A stretch of 64,000 nucleotides of DNA from a virus. Below the pieces are notes generated by a model. It was not told the origin of the DNA, did not search any database, and was given only the letters and a program-made list of their open reading frames with translations. Within the stretch, counting starts at the first letter, position 1; each line of letters begins with the position of its first letter. Shown one piece after another: positions 10,308 to 19,949 of the stretch. Location of the stretch: the IMG/VR virus record IMGVR_UViG_3300050343_000182, one strand, 5' to 3'. Position numbers and translations under genes: made by a program.

Positions 10308-10334
10308 GAGTCCCCTCACAGTAAACCTTGTCAG

Positions 10335-10358
10335 AGCACCCCTAGTGGGTGCTTTTTT
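10335..10358 (+). terminator. Rho-independent terminator
   Basis: agcaccc-ctagt-gggtgct followed by ttttt. Confidence 0.85.
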
Positions 10359-10387
10359 GTTAAATACCTGTATACTGTGAGAGTAAT

Positions 10388-10549
10388 ATGCCTAGGACTA
10401 GGATGCAGAAGGTTGACCTCCTTGCCAAGATATACAAGCTGAAGACAGCACTATATAATGAGCATGAGGAAGAACATGACGAGTGGCACGATGGTGCTCA
10501 TCATGCGCTAAACTGTGTACTTGATCACTTACAAGAGTATAGAGAATGA
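10388..10549 (+). CDS. 53-aa hypothetical protein (His/Glu-rich; not in ORF track)
   Basis: MPRTRMQKVDLLAKIYKLKTALYNEHEEEHDEWHDGAHHALNCVLDHLQEYRE; TAAATA at 10361. Confidence 0.65.
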   Translation: MPRTRMQKVDLLAKIYKLKTALYNEHEEEHDEWHDGAHHALNCVLDHLQEYRE

Positions 10550-10680
10550 AAGATCTAGACTTCATCGATGACTTCCTAGATGCCAAGGAAAAAGAGCAAG
10601 AGAAGTCTGAGACTATCACCGAAGGTGATGCTAAAGACTGGGAAGATTTCTGGGAAAGATCTGACGATGGCGGAGAGTAA
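10546..10680 (+). CDS. 44-aa acidic hypothetical protein (not in ORF track)
   Basis: ATGA overlap with the previous stop; MKDLDFIDDFLDAKEKEQEKSETITEGDAKDWEDFWERSDDGGE. Confidence 0.6.
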   Translation: MKDLDFIDDFLDAKEKEQEKSETITEGDAKDWEDFWERSDDGGE

Positions 10681-10867
10681 CTACGTCACAGAGGAAAAAT
10701 GCAAGGAGATGATCGATGATGCAATACGACAACATAATCGTAACGCTTCAATTATTTCAGTGTTTGTTGGGTGGATTGTTCTTGCACTTTTTGCTGAGGG
10801 TTTGCTTCGACTTATTGGAGTGATAGAGCCCGTATTCCCCTGGTTGGATATACATACTTTGCTATAA
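10667..10867 (+). CDS. Small membrane protein of cyanobacterial type
   Basis: Probable start MAESNYVTEE; DAIRQHNRNAS followed by the hydrophobic helix IISVFVGWIVLALFAEGLL. Confidence 0.65.
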   Translation: MAESNYVTEEKCKEMIDDAIRQHNRNASIISVFVGWIVLALFAEGLLRLIGVIEPVFPWLDIHTLL

Positions 10868-10894
10868 ATACTAGGACAAGATATCCTATGACAC

Positions 10895-11449
10895 ATGGCA
10901 ACTTGGAATAAGCAAATTGAAAACAGGAATTTCCTGTCGCCTATTGGATTTAGGTTTACCCTTGCCAAGTATCCTAAGGTTGCATATTTTGCACAGTCTG
11001 CAAACATCCCACAGATCACATTAGGTATTCAACAGCAACCTACACCCTACAGAGCACTACCTCTGGAGGGTTTTATGACGTACGATCCTTTTACGTTATC
11101 ATTCCTTGTAGATGAGGACATGACTAACTACATGATCATGCACAACTGGATCCGTGCTTTAGGAACACCTAACGATACTGTAGAGAGAATTGATTTTAGA
11201 AATAAGATGACTGCACTCTTTGGTAATGATGATCTATATGCTGACGCAACGTTGTCTGTGCTCAACAGCAACTTCAAAATGAATTTCAACGTCCAGTTTG
11301 AGGGACTGATTCCCACTGGGTTGAATGCACTAGAATTTAATGCTACAATAGATGGCACAGAGTATGCCATGGCACAAGTAACATTCCAATACATGCGCTT
11401 TGAGATACAAGATACTGTCACCTACCAACGAGACAAGCGACTTACTTAA
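10895..11449 (+). CDS. gp3: Tail completion / sheath terminator gp3
   Basis: NRNFLSPIGFRF, FLVDEDMTNY; TATAAATA at 10863-10870. Confidence 0.88.
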   Translation: MATWNKQIENRNFLSPIGFRFTLAKYPKVAYFAQSANIPQITLGIQQQPTPYRALPLEGFMTYDPFTLSFLVDEDMTNYMIMHNWIRALGTPNDTVERIDFRNKMTALFGNDDLYADATLSVLNSNFKMNFNVQFEGLIPTGLNALEFNATIDGTEYAMAQVTFQYMRFEIQDTVTYQRDKRLT

Positions 11450-11892
11450 TGAATCTAGACAAAATTGAGGAGATGTGGGCAAAGGACTCTGAAAGATTCT
11501 TTGATCACAGGGAGTTACCTGAGCTGTTGGCAAACGACAGTATGGAAACACCCAGACTCCATGCAAAGTATTTGCAATTTATTAATCAATTCAAACTGAT
11601 GCTATCAGAAGCAGAAGTAAAGCGCAAGGTATTACTGCGTGAGAAGTTTGAATACTATTCTGGTAAAGCACCTGCCACAGTCTATAAAGAAAAACCTTTT
11701 GCACTCAAAGTGCTCAAGGGTGACCTTCACATGTACATTGATAGTGACCCAGATCTCACTAGAGCACAGCAAAAAATAGACTACCTCGAAACTTGTATAA
11801 ATTGTATTGATAGGATACTTAAACAGATCGACAGTCGTGGATTTGCAATTAAGAATACTATCGAAATTGTGAAGTATTATGGAATCAGATGA
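11449..11892 (+). CDS. uvsY: Recombination mediator UvsY
   Basis: LHAKYL, EYYSGKA, RGFAIKNTIE; directly upstream of uvsW. Confidence 0.88.
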   Translation: MNLDKIEEMWAKDSERFFDHRELPELLANDSMETPRLHAKYLQFINQFKLMLSEAEVKRKVLLREKFEYYSGKAPATVYKEKPFALKVLKGDLHMYIDSDPDLTRAQQKIDYLETCINCIDRILKQIDSRGFAIKNTIEIVKYYGIR

Positions 11893-13349
11893 TTACTATC
11901 GTGAAGAAAAACGAAGTTTTTCTCAAAGTAGAAGGCGAGCAACACATCCATAAAGAACTAAGCGAGCACTTCCAGTTTGAAGTGCCAGGTGCTAAGTTCA
12001 TGCCACAGTATAGAAAAAAAGTATGGGACGGTAAGATCCGATTATACTCTCCAGGCACAGGAGAGATCTATGTCGGTCTATACGATTACCTTTTAGAGTA
12101 TCTCGACCAGAAAGGATACGAGTATGCTATCCAAGATAGCAAATTCTTTGGTCTACCCAATGAGGAGGAAGAGTATGTATCACCAGAATCAGTGGCGTCT
12201 TTTGTTAGATCTTTGGGACTGCCATTTAAGATTCGCGACTACCAACTCAAAGCACTTTTCACGGCAATTAAGCAGCGTCGCAAGTTACTACTCTCGCCTA
12301 CAGGATCTGGAAAATCGCTGATCATTTATGGTCTAGTCCGCTGGCATCTTAAGGCGGAGCGAGAGATCCTAATCATTGTACCTACAGTCTCTCTAGTCTC
12401 ACAATTAACGCAAGACTTCAAAGACTACGGGTGGCAAGCAGATCACTATGTCCATCAAATCATGGGGGGAAAGGAGAGGTATGTAGAAGCACCTGTCGTC
12501 ATCTCCACATGGCAGAGTATCTACAAGGAACCTAAGAAATTCTTTGAGAGGTTTGATGTAATCATTGGTGATGAAGCACACCTGTATAAGGCGAAGAGTC
12601 TGTCAGGTATTTTGAATAAGTGTCACGATGCTCGCTATCGTGTCGGGCTGACAGGGACCCTAGATGGTATGTACAGTCATCAGTTGGTGTTGGAGGGTCT
12701 ATTTGGACGCTGTGATAGGGTAACAACCACTGTCGATCTAATGAAGAAAGGACAGTTGACTCCATTGAAAGTGAAATGTCTTTTGTTGCAGCATGGTCAT
12801 GTGCCATTCGATACCTATCAGCAAGAGATGGATTATATAGTATCACATCCCAAGAGAAATAACCTAATTTGTAACCTAGCAGAAGACATAGGTGGCAATA
12901 CACTCATCCTATTCAACTACATCGAGAAGCACGGTGACCCTCTGTGGGAGATGCTAAATACTAAGGTGAGCAAAGATCGAAGGATCTTCTTTATTCATGG
13001 TGGTGTAGATGCTGTTGAAAGAGAAGAGGCTCGCAAGATATGTGAGCAGGAGAAAGACGCAATCATCCTTGCATCCTACGGAACATTCTCAACAGGCATT
13101 AACATTCGCAACCTACATAATGTAATCTTTGCGAGTCCATCCAAATCACGAGTAAGAAACCTCCAGTCCATTGGACGTGTCTTGCGAAAGGGAGATAACA
13201 AAGCACAGGCAGTGTTGTATGACATTGCTGATGATTGCTCCCGAGGTAATAGACACAATTATACTCTCCGTCACCTCATTGAAAGATTGAAAATCTATGA
13301 GGAAGAGAAATTTGATTATGAAATCACTAAGGTAAATTTACGACAATGA
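11889..13349 (+). CDS. uvsW: SF2 helicase UvsW
   Basis: SPTGSGKS, DEAH, GLTGT, LQSIGRVLR. Confidence 0.96.
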   Translation: MITIVKKNEVFLKVEGEQHIHKELSEHFQFEVPGAKFMPQYRKKVWDGKIRLYSPGTGEIYVGLYDYLLEYLDQKGYEYAIQDSKFFGLPNEEEEYVSPESVASFVRSLGLPFKIRDYQLKALFTAIKQRRKLLLSPTGSGKSLIIYGLVRWHLKAEREILIIVPTVSLVSQLTQDFKDYGWQADHYVHQIMGGKERYVEAPVVISTWQSIYKEPKKFFERFDVIIGDEAHLYKAKSLSGILNKCHDARYRVGLTGTLDGMYSHQLVLEGLFGRCDRVTTTVDLMKKGQLTPLKVKCLLLQHGHVPFDTYQQEMDYIVSHPKRNNLICNLAEDIGGNTLILFNYIEKHGDPLWEMLNTKVSKDRRIFFIHGGVDAVEREEARKICEQEKDAIILASYGTFSTGINIRNLHNVIFASPSKSRVRNLQSIGRVLRKGDNKAQAVLYDIADDCSRGNRHNYTLRHLIERLKIYEEEKFDYEITKVNLRQ

Positions 13350-13774
13350 TTAACTACATCCGTCACGACAATGAATTCTACGGAATCATCAAGCTAGTAA
13401 CTGGTGAGGAAGTAATAGGTACAATGATCGCCACGAATGAAGATAACTGCACAATGGTATATGTATCTGACCCTCTGTCACCTACACTCACCCCTATAGA
13501 GAAACCTGATGGTGAGATGGGTCTAGCAGCAGGATTTACTAAGTGGATGCTCTGGTCAGATGAAGATTTCTATATCATTCAAGAGCCAGATATTGTGACA
13601 ATTGCCCCTATGTCCACTGAGGCAATCATGATGTATAAAATGTGGTGGAGGAAAGACGGTAAACTAGATAGAGAAGAAGATCCTGGTGTCCCCATGAATG
13701 AAAACATGGGTCTCATCGGTAAAGTCTCAGAGATGAGAAAGAAACTAGAGGATCAGTGGAAGAACTCTAAGTAG
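13346..13774 (+). CDS. Conserved hypothetical protein (Sm-like N-terminal motif KLVTGEEVIG)
   Basis: ATGA-coupled to uvsW; 142 aa. Confidence 0.7.
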   Translation: MINYIRHDNEFYGIIKLVTGEEVIGTMIATNEDNCTMVYVSDPLSPTLTPIEKPDGEMGLAAGFTKWMLWSDEDFYIIQEPDIVTIAPMSTEAIMMYKMWWRKDGKLDREEDPGVPMNENMGLIGKVSEMRKKLEDQWKNSK

Positions 13775-13800
13775 TATTGTTTCCAACCCTTACATGGTTG

Positions 13801-13829
13801 AGTATAATGATTATTCTTAGAGTTGTCAA
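13801..13829 (-). promoter_or_regulatory. Sigma70-type promoter on the minus strand (antisense to the uvsW operon)
   Basis: Reverse complement reads TTGACA-N17-TATACT. Confidence 0.65.
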
Positions 13830-13831
13830 GC

Positions 13832-13860
13832 TTGACTTATGGGATACAAACCTTTATAAT
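13832..13860 (+). promoter_or_regulatory. Sigma70-type early promoter of gp55
   Basis: TTGACT-N17-TATAAT. Confidence 0.8.
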
Positions 13861-13882
13861 GCATTTGTGAGCAAAATTAAAT

Positions 13883-14359
13883 ATGACTTTAATGCCTCCT
13901 AAGAAAAAACAACACTACGTTGATAACAAAAAGTTTCTTGTGGAGATCGTTAAGTACCGAGAAGCAGTTGAGATTGCCAAGATACAAGATAAAGAGAAGC
14001 CTAGGATTACTCATTACCTAGGTGATTGCTTCTTGAAGATTGCTACCCACCTGTCATACAGACCTAATTTTATTAACTACATGTATAAGGAGGACATGAT
14101 CTCCGATGGTGTAGAGAATTGCGTCCAGTATATCGATAACTTCGATCCTGCCAAGAGCAAGAATCCATTTGCATATTTCACGCAAATCGTTTACTATGCG
14201 TTTTTGCGACGAATTGCTAAGGAAAAGCGTCAGATGGATATCCGTGATAAACTGATCGAGAAGAACGGTTACGATCAGGTCTTCCACTCAGATGACAACG
14301 ACAACCACGCTGACATGAATTCCATCAAGAGTCGCATCGAAACCAACATGCGTAACTAA
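13883..14359 (+). CDS. gp55: Late sigma factor gp55
   Basis: HYVDNKKF, YMYKEDMISDGVENC, SKNPFAYFTQIVYYAFLRRI. Confidence 0.96.
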   Translation: MTLMPPKKKQHYVDNKKFLVEIVKYREAVEIAKIQDKEKPRITHYLGDCFLKIATHLSYRPNFINYMYKEDMISDGVENCVQYIDNFDPAKSKNPFAYFTQIVYYAFLRRIAKEKRQMDIRDKLIEKNGYDQVFHSDDNDNHADMNSIKSRIETNMRN

Positions 14360-14363
14360 CTCC

Positions 14364-14645
14364 ATGCCAAAGTCCACCCTTGCTTCATCGTTGGGAGATA
14401 ATCCCACGATTGAGAAAAACATCCCTGATGATGTAGAATGGATTGATGATGCATTCTATATTAAGGAAACCAGATACGGTCTCTACACCAGTGTGCTAAA
14501 GAATCCTCTAGGGGCAAACTTTCTCACTGGTGCTACCAAAGAAGGTATCCTTCAGACAACAAGATGGCATCTGAAGTGTCTGCAAGATGACACTCTCCAT
14601 CTATACACACGAGTAGTAAACGCAACCGCTGGAGTAAAACTCTAA
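14364..14645 (+). CDS. Hypothetical protein
   Basis: 93-aa ORF between gp55 and gp47. Confidence 0.7.
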   Translation: MPKSTLASSLGDNPTIEKNIPDDVEWIDDAFYIKETRYGLYTSVLKNPLGANFLTGATKEGILQTTRWHLKCLQDDTLHLYTRVVNATAGVKL

Positions 14646-14791
14646 TGACACAGAAAGACGGACTTGACGAACTTCACGATGCCCAGCAGAGGGACAATCC
14701 CTGCCGTGATGAGAATGAGCGCGGTTACTACCGCAAACGACTTCGTGATCTAGAAAATGGTAAAAGGAATGAAAATCCTACTGATAACTGA
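14645..14791 (+). CDS. 48-aa hypothetical protein (not in ORF track)
   Basis: TAATG coupling; MTQKDGLDELHDAQQRDNPCRDENERGYYRKRLRDLENGKRNENPTDN. Confidence 0.5.
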   Translation: MTQKDGLDELHDAQQRDNPCRDENERGYYRKRLRDLENGKRNENPTDN

Positions 14792-15794
14792 TCAGCACTT
14801 TGGTGTCAGAAATGACAATCAATTCTTTCAAAAACTTTATAGAAAATTTTACCACGATGTAGTCCTCCCTTACATCGACAGAGAAGGTATCACTCAGGTC
14901 TTATGCTTAGGTGATACCTTTGATCGTCGAAAGTATGTGAATTTTAATTCATTAGAAGCAGCACGAGAGATGTGGTTTGATCCACTTGCTGAGCGAGGCA
15001 TCCGTATGTCTATGCTCATCGGTAATCATGACATCTATTACAAGAATACTCTCAAGGTAAATGCACCTGATCTGCTGCTAGGTGACTACAACAACATCGA
15101 GATCATTACAGAACCTACTGCTAAGAAGTTTGGCAGTAGAAGTTTCCTCCTCCTACCATGGATTTGTCCTGAAAACCAGGACCATATCATGAAAAAGGTC
15201 AAGGCATCTAAAGCATCTGTATGCTTAGGACACCTTGAGTTGAATGGGTTTGAAGTTATCCCTGGTCTCAAGATGGACCATGGTATTGATCGCTCTCCCT
15301 TTGAGAAGTTTGACCTGACATGCTCTGGTCACTATCACATGAAGAGTAAGCAAGGTCCTATCCAGTATCTGGGTAACCCTTATCAACTGTATTGGAATGA
15401 TTATGGGTATAAACGTGGATTCCACGTCCTAAATACAGATGATTTGTCAATGGAATTCGTTGCAAATCCCTATAATACTTTTAGTAAGGTCTACTACACC
15501 GATGATATTGATGTCTCTACCTTCCCACAGTTGGAAGGGACATACGTTAAACTGGTTGTAGGAGAAGAGAAAGATCAAGTTAAGTTTGATCGGTGCATAA
15601 GGAAGCTTCAGCAGGTTGACCTGGCAGACTTGAAGATTGTCGAAGACATGTCTCAAGAGTTGGGTGAAATTGATGAAGAGATTGAGGTTGAAGACACTCT
15701 TTCTATCCTGGAATCATGTGTCTCAGAGTATAAAAATCACGATGAGATTTTTGGCATCTTAAAATCCCTATATGTGGAAGCGTTGGAGGTCTAA
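14769..15794 (+). CDS. gp47: Recombination endonuclease gp47 (Mre11/SbcD-like)
   Basis: TDQHFG, LGDTFD, GNHD, GHLE and SGHYH metallophosphoesterase motifs. Confidence 0.95.
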   Translation: MKILLITDQHFGVRNDNQFFQKLYRKFYHDVVLPYIDREGITQVLCLGDTFDRRKYVNFNSLEAAREMWFDPLAERGIRMSMLIGNHDIYYKNTLKVNAPDLLLGDYNNIEIITEPTAKKFGSRSFLLLPWICPENQDHIMKKVKASKASVCLGHLELNGFEVIPGLKMDHGIDRSPFEKFDLTCSGHYHMKSKQGPIQYLGNPYQLYWNDYGYKRGFHVLNTDDLSMEFVANPYNTFSKVYYTDDIDVSTFPQLEGTYVKLVVGEEKDQVKFDRCIRKLQQVDLADLKIVEDMSQELGEIDEEIEVEDTLSILESCVSEYKNHDEIFGILKSLYVEALEV

Positions 15795-16054
15795 TGTTTG
15801 TCCTGACTGACAATAAATCAGGTGGAGTCTATGCTGTCAGAGATGATGTGGCAGTAGACCGCGTTGTCCAGTTGTTTGTTGACAAGGACGACGCCGAACG
15901 CTATTATATGCTACTGAAGGCAGACGAATACCCTCGTGACCTCTCGGTCACGGAGGTAGACGAAGATACTGTCAAAGAAAACTGTCATCAATACGGGTAT
16001 CGTTTTACCATTATTGATGCTGATGAATTTGTTATCCCGCCCCCACAAGAATGA
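15794..16054 (+). CDS. Hypothetical protein (resembles DUF3110-type cyanobacterial proteins)
   Basis: LFVDKDDAERY; coupled between gp47 and gp46. Confidence 0.65.
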   Translation: MFVLTDNKSGGVYAVRDDVAVDRVVQLFVDKDDAERYYMLLKADEYPRDLSVTEVDEDTVKENCHQYGYRFTIIDADEFVIPPPQE

Positions 16055-17766
16055 TTGTATTTGAAAAGATTCGTTGGAAGAATTTCCTCAGTACAGGTAA
16101 TACCTTTACGGAAATGACACTTAACGAATCTAAGTCGCAACTTGTCATTGGGTCTAACGGTGCAGGTAAATCCACTATGCTGGATGCCCTGTGCTTTGTG
16201 CTATTTAATAAACCTTTTCGTAAAATTAATAAGTCTCAACTGGTCAACAGCGTCAATGAGAAGGAGTGCTGTGTAGAGGTTGAGTTCTCTATTGGTAAAG
16301 TAAATTACCATGTCATCAGGGGCATCAAACCAGGCATCTTTAAGGTCCTTAGAAACGGACAACTGCTTGATCAAGATGCTGCTCAGAAGGACTACCAGAA
16401 GTATCTTGAGCAGAGTATCCTTAAGTTTAACTATAAGTCATTTACACAGGTTGTTATCCTAGGTAGCAGCACATTTGTGCCTTTCATGCAACTTCCTGCC
16501 ACACATAGGAGAGAGGTGGTAGAAGACCTGCTGGACATCAAAATCTTTTCTAAGATGAATACTATCCTGAAGGATAGAGTCAAGGATAATAAGGAGAATT
16601 TCACATCATGTAAGCACACGCTGGAGATTTGTGAGACAAAATTGAATCACCAACGTGCATCTATCCATAAACTCACTGAGTTACAGGATGGCGTTATTAA
16701 AAGTTTGCACACAAAGTTTAATAACAACGAAGATAGTATCGTATGGTTGAATAAGCGTCAGGAAGAAAACAATCACTCGATGGGTGCGCTTGCTGAGAGT
16801 ATTACTGACCAATCTTCATGGCAGGAGAAGTATGATAGTCTCCGTGACATGCGATCTAAGATCGAGCAGAATAAAAACAAGGCAGATAAAGATCATAAGT
16901 TCTATACCAAGCATGATAAGTGTCCAACATGTAGTCAAGACCTAGAAGAAGAGCACAAACATCGTCAACTTGTGGACGCTGAGTCACGTCGTGTCAAGTA
17001 TACTGAAGGTTACACAAAGATCGATGAGCAAGTCAGTCTCATCTATGACAAACTGCGTGACATGAAGGGTTATGGGCAGTCAATTATTGAATTGCAGAGT
17101 GACAATATCAATATTGATAAGCAGGTATCACGACTGCTTAGAGAGAATGAAAGCATCATGGCCGAGGTAAACAAAGAGACCCCAGATATTGATGGTGAGA
17201 GGGTAAGATTAGACGAATATGAGGCAGAATACTCTGAAAATATAGAGCGTTGTGCTGGTGTCAGTAAAGAGTTTGACAACCTAAAAATTGTATCCTCTCT
17301 GCTCAGGGACAGTGGTATTAAAAGTAAGGTAATCAGTAAGTTTGTGCCTATTTTTAACAATCAAATCAATAAATATCTCCAACTCATGGACTTCTTTATT
17401 GGATTCACACTGGACGAAGAATTCAATGAGGTCATCAAGTCTCGTTGCCGTGATGAGTTCTCTTATGCATCGTTTTCAGAGGGTGAAAAGCAGAAAATTG
17501 ACCTGTCTTTGCTGTTCTGCTGGCGTGACATTGCCAAGATGAAAAACTCTGCATCAACCAATCTCCTCATCCTTGACGAGGTATTCGATTCTTCTCTTGA
17601 TACTGCTGCTACAGACGAATTGATGAAGATTCTAAGGGGTATGGACGACAGGACCAACCTATTTGTGATCAGTCACAAGGGTGACATCCTCCTGGACAAG
17701 TTTGATAGTGTGGTCACCTTTGACAAGGTGGGTGATTTCTCGACCATGAAGCAGGACAGTCTATAA
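16051..17766 (+). CDS. gp46: Recombination ATPase gp46 (Rad50/SbcC-like)
   Basis: GSNGAGKST, zinc hook CPTC, FSEGEKQKID, ILDEVFD. Confidence 0.96.
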   Translation: MIVFEKIRWKNFLSTGNTFTEMTLNESKSQLVIGSNGAGKSTMLDALCFVLFNKPFRKINKSQLVNSVNEKECCVEVEFSIGKVNYHVIRGIKPGIFKVLRNGQLLDQDAAQKDYQKYLEQSILKFNYKSFTQVVILGSSTFVPFMQLPATHRREVVEDLLDIKIFSKMNTILKDRVKDNKENFTSCKHTLEICETKLNHQRASIHKLTELQDGVIKSLHTKFNNNEDSIVWLNKRQEENNHSMGALAESITDQSSWQEKYDSLRDMRSKIEQNKNKADKDHKFYTKHDKCPTCSQDLEEEHKHRQLVDAESRRVKYTEGYTKIDEQVSLIYDKLRDMKGYGQSIIELQSDNINIDKQVSRLLRENESIMAEVNKETPDIDGERVRLDEYEAEYSENIERCAGVSKEFDNLKIVSSLLRDSGIKSKVISKFVPIFNNQINKYLQLMDFFIGFTLDEEFNEVIKSRCRDEFSYASFSEGEKQKIDLSLLFCWRDIAKMKNSASTNLLILDEVFDSSLDTAATDELMKILRGMDDRTNLFVISHKGDILLDKFDSVVTFDKVGDFSTMKQDSL

Positions 17767-17800
17767 AGTGGCACCTTCCCCCTTTCGGGGACTGTGTGGC

Positions 17801-17823
17801 TGTGTATAATAGATGCATACACA
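17801..17823 (+). promoter_or_regulatory. TATAAT -10 element inside the palindrome TGTGTA-N11-TACACA (copy 1)
   Basis: tgtgta taatagatgca tacaca, upstream of the VWA gene. Confidence 0.6.
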
Positions 17824-17831
17824 AAGAAAGC

Positions 17832-19949
17832 ATGACCGTACAAGAAGTCAAAGGCACCCTTGCCAAATTACTCGCCGCTGAAAACCTCGTTGTAGAGCAC
17901 AAGGCAGTCAGCACAGCATCCTTTGACGTGCATCTTCGTGTCCTGACCCTCCCTATCTGGAATGCTAAGGAAATTGTCTTCAACCTGCTGGTAGCGCATG
18001 AAGTAGGACACGCTCTCTTCACCCCAGACAGTGACCTTCTAGAGAGACTTCCTTGCCCCAAGTCTTATGTCAATGTGACCGAGGATGCTCGCATTGAGAA
18101 GTTGATGAAGCGTAAATTTGCAGGTATTTCCAAGGATTTCTACGGTGGATACAAGCAACTTCATGAGGATGATTTCTTCAGCGTCAAGGAGATCAACACC
18201 AACTCACTCAAACTGATTGACCGTATCAATCTTTACTATAAATTGGGTGCAAATGCCTTTATGCCCTTCTCTGCTGAAGAGATTCCTCTTCGCGATGCAG
18301 TAGGTGAGGCAGAGTCTTTCCAAGACGCTATCGATGCTGCTGTCGCTATCAAAGAGTTTGAAAAAGCAGAAGCAGATCAGCAAAAAATTGATGATATTAG
18401 TGATGTAGACAACAATTCTGGTGGTGGTAGCGACCAGCAGGAAGCACAAGATGAGAGACCTTCTTCTGGAGGTGATGATGGTGATGAGCAAGACGGTGAT
18501 AATGAAGGTCAGGAAGATGCAGACCTTGACACACCCTCATTCAACCGTGATGGTGGTGAAGGTGCAATGACTGATGAGTCTCTTGAAGAAGCACTGCAGG
18601 ACATTGCAACTGAGAACAGTAACAGTGAGACTAGGTATCTTGAGATCCCTAATGTTGACCTAAATCACGTCATTATTGACCCTAAACTGGTCAATGACGC
18701 GGCACAGGCATACTGGTCTGAGTGGACACACCCACTCACTCCATCCACAAGTCTTGACTGGAGTGTTTCAGATCAAAACTACCAGACTTTCAAGAGAGAT
18801 TGCACCCGTGAGGTGTCATATCTTCAGAAAGAGTTTGAGATGAAGAAGTCTGCAGCAGCACATGCTCGCGAGTCTATCTCTAAGACTGGTGTACTTGACA
18901 CTGCTAAACTTCATCAGTATCTTTACAACGAAGATCTCTTTAAGAAGGTCACAATCCGTCCTGATGGCAAGAATCACGGTCTGATCTTCCTTCTTGACTG
19001 GTCTGGATCCATGGCAGAGGTTATCCATGACACATACAGGCAACTGTTGTCATTGTGTTTCTTCTGTCGCAAGTCTGGCATCCCATTCAGTGTGTATGCC
19101 TTCGTAAATGACGCATCCTACGCTCAGTTCCGTGACTATGAAGAGACTGTTGGTAATGAGAATGACCTGTATGTTGCTAAGCACTTCCACCTTGTAGAAT
19201 TGCTCAACAGCACCCTTAATAACAGCACTTTTGACCGTTATGCTAGGGATATTTACCGTGTGACTCAGATGTATGAGCAACGCTATGGTAACCGCAATCC
19301 ATTCGCGAATCGTCCTGTCCCTGACTGCATCCCTCCTCACCTTATGCTTGGTGGCACCCCTCTGAATGAGGCAATTATATGCCTACAGACTCTGATTCCT
19401 GCATTTACTGCTAAGCATGGTGTTGAGAAGTGCCACGTTAGTATCCTGTCTGATGGCGAGAGCAACTGGTCTGGATGCTGGGTCAAGTCTACATATGACG
19501 ATAAGATCCATCGCTCTGCAATGCCTGCACAGTCCGCTATTCGTTGTCGCAAGACGGGTCGCACCTACAACACACCAAGGTGGGGTAACTACATGACTGA
19601 AACTCTCCTACGTTACATGAAGGGTCGTTTCCCACAGTGTAACTTCACTGGTTTCCGTCTTGGTAGCACCCGTGACATCAATTACATCATCCAAAACTTT
19701 AATACTCTCACTCAACCACAGAGGAAGACCGCTGCTGATGTATTCAAGAAGCACAAGTCAACCTCTGCTCCAATCATGGGTTATCAAGAATTGTTTCTAA
19801 TCCAAAGTAACAAGTTGAATGAGGAGGTAGAGTTTGATGTAGAGGAGTCTGCATCCAAAGCACAGATTACTCGTGCCTTCAAGAAAACTCTCAAGGCAAA
19901 GTCCAACAACAAGAAGATCCTCGCGTCCTTTATCAACCAAATTGCATGA
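17832..19949 (+). CDS. Zincin-motif + VWA (CobT-like) protein, partner of the CobS-like ATPase
   Basis: AHEVGH (HExxH), acidic linker, MIDAS DWSGSM, LGGTPLNEAI, ILSDGES. Confidence 0.85.
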   Translation: MTVQEVKGTLAKLLAAENLVVEHKAVSTASFDVHLRVLTLPIWNAKEIVFNLLVAHEVGHALFTPDSDLLERLPCPKSYVNVTEDARIEKLMKRKFAGISKDFYGGYKQLHEDDFFSVKEINTNSLKLIDRINLYYKLGANAFMPFSAEEIPLRDAVGEAESFQDAIDAAVAIKEFEKAEADQQKIDDISDVDNNSGGGSDQQEAQDERPSSGGDDGDEQDGDNEGQEDADLDTPSFNRDGGEGAMTDESLEEALQDIATENSNSETRYLEIPNVDLNHVIIDPKLVNDAAQAYWSEWTHPLTPSTSLDWSVSDQNYQTFKRDCTREVSYLQKEFEMKKSAAAHARESISKTGVLDTAKLHQYLYNEDLFKKVTIRPDGKNHGLIFLLDWSGSMAEVIHDTYRQLLSLCFFCRKSGIPFSVYAFVNDASYAQFRDYEETVGNENDLYVAKHFHLVELLNSTLNNSTFDRYARDIYRVTQMYEQRYGNRNPFANRPVPDCIPPHLMLGGTPLNEAIICLQTLIPAFTAKHGVEKCHVSILSDGESNWSGCWVKSTYDDKIHRSAMPAQSAIRCRKTGRTYNTPRWGNYMTETLLRYMKGRFPQCNFTGFRLGSTRDINYIIQNFNTLTQPQRKTAADVFKKHKSTSAPIMGYQELFLIQSNKLNEEVEFDVEESASKAQITRAFKKTLKAKSNNKKILASFINQIA

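Noticed and set aside
9993-10894. Missing vertex protein gp24 after gp23
   Set aside because: Absence at this position is usual for T4-like cyanophages, and the rest of the genome is not visible
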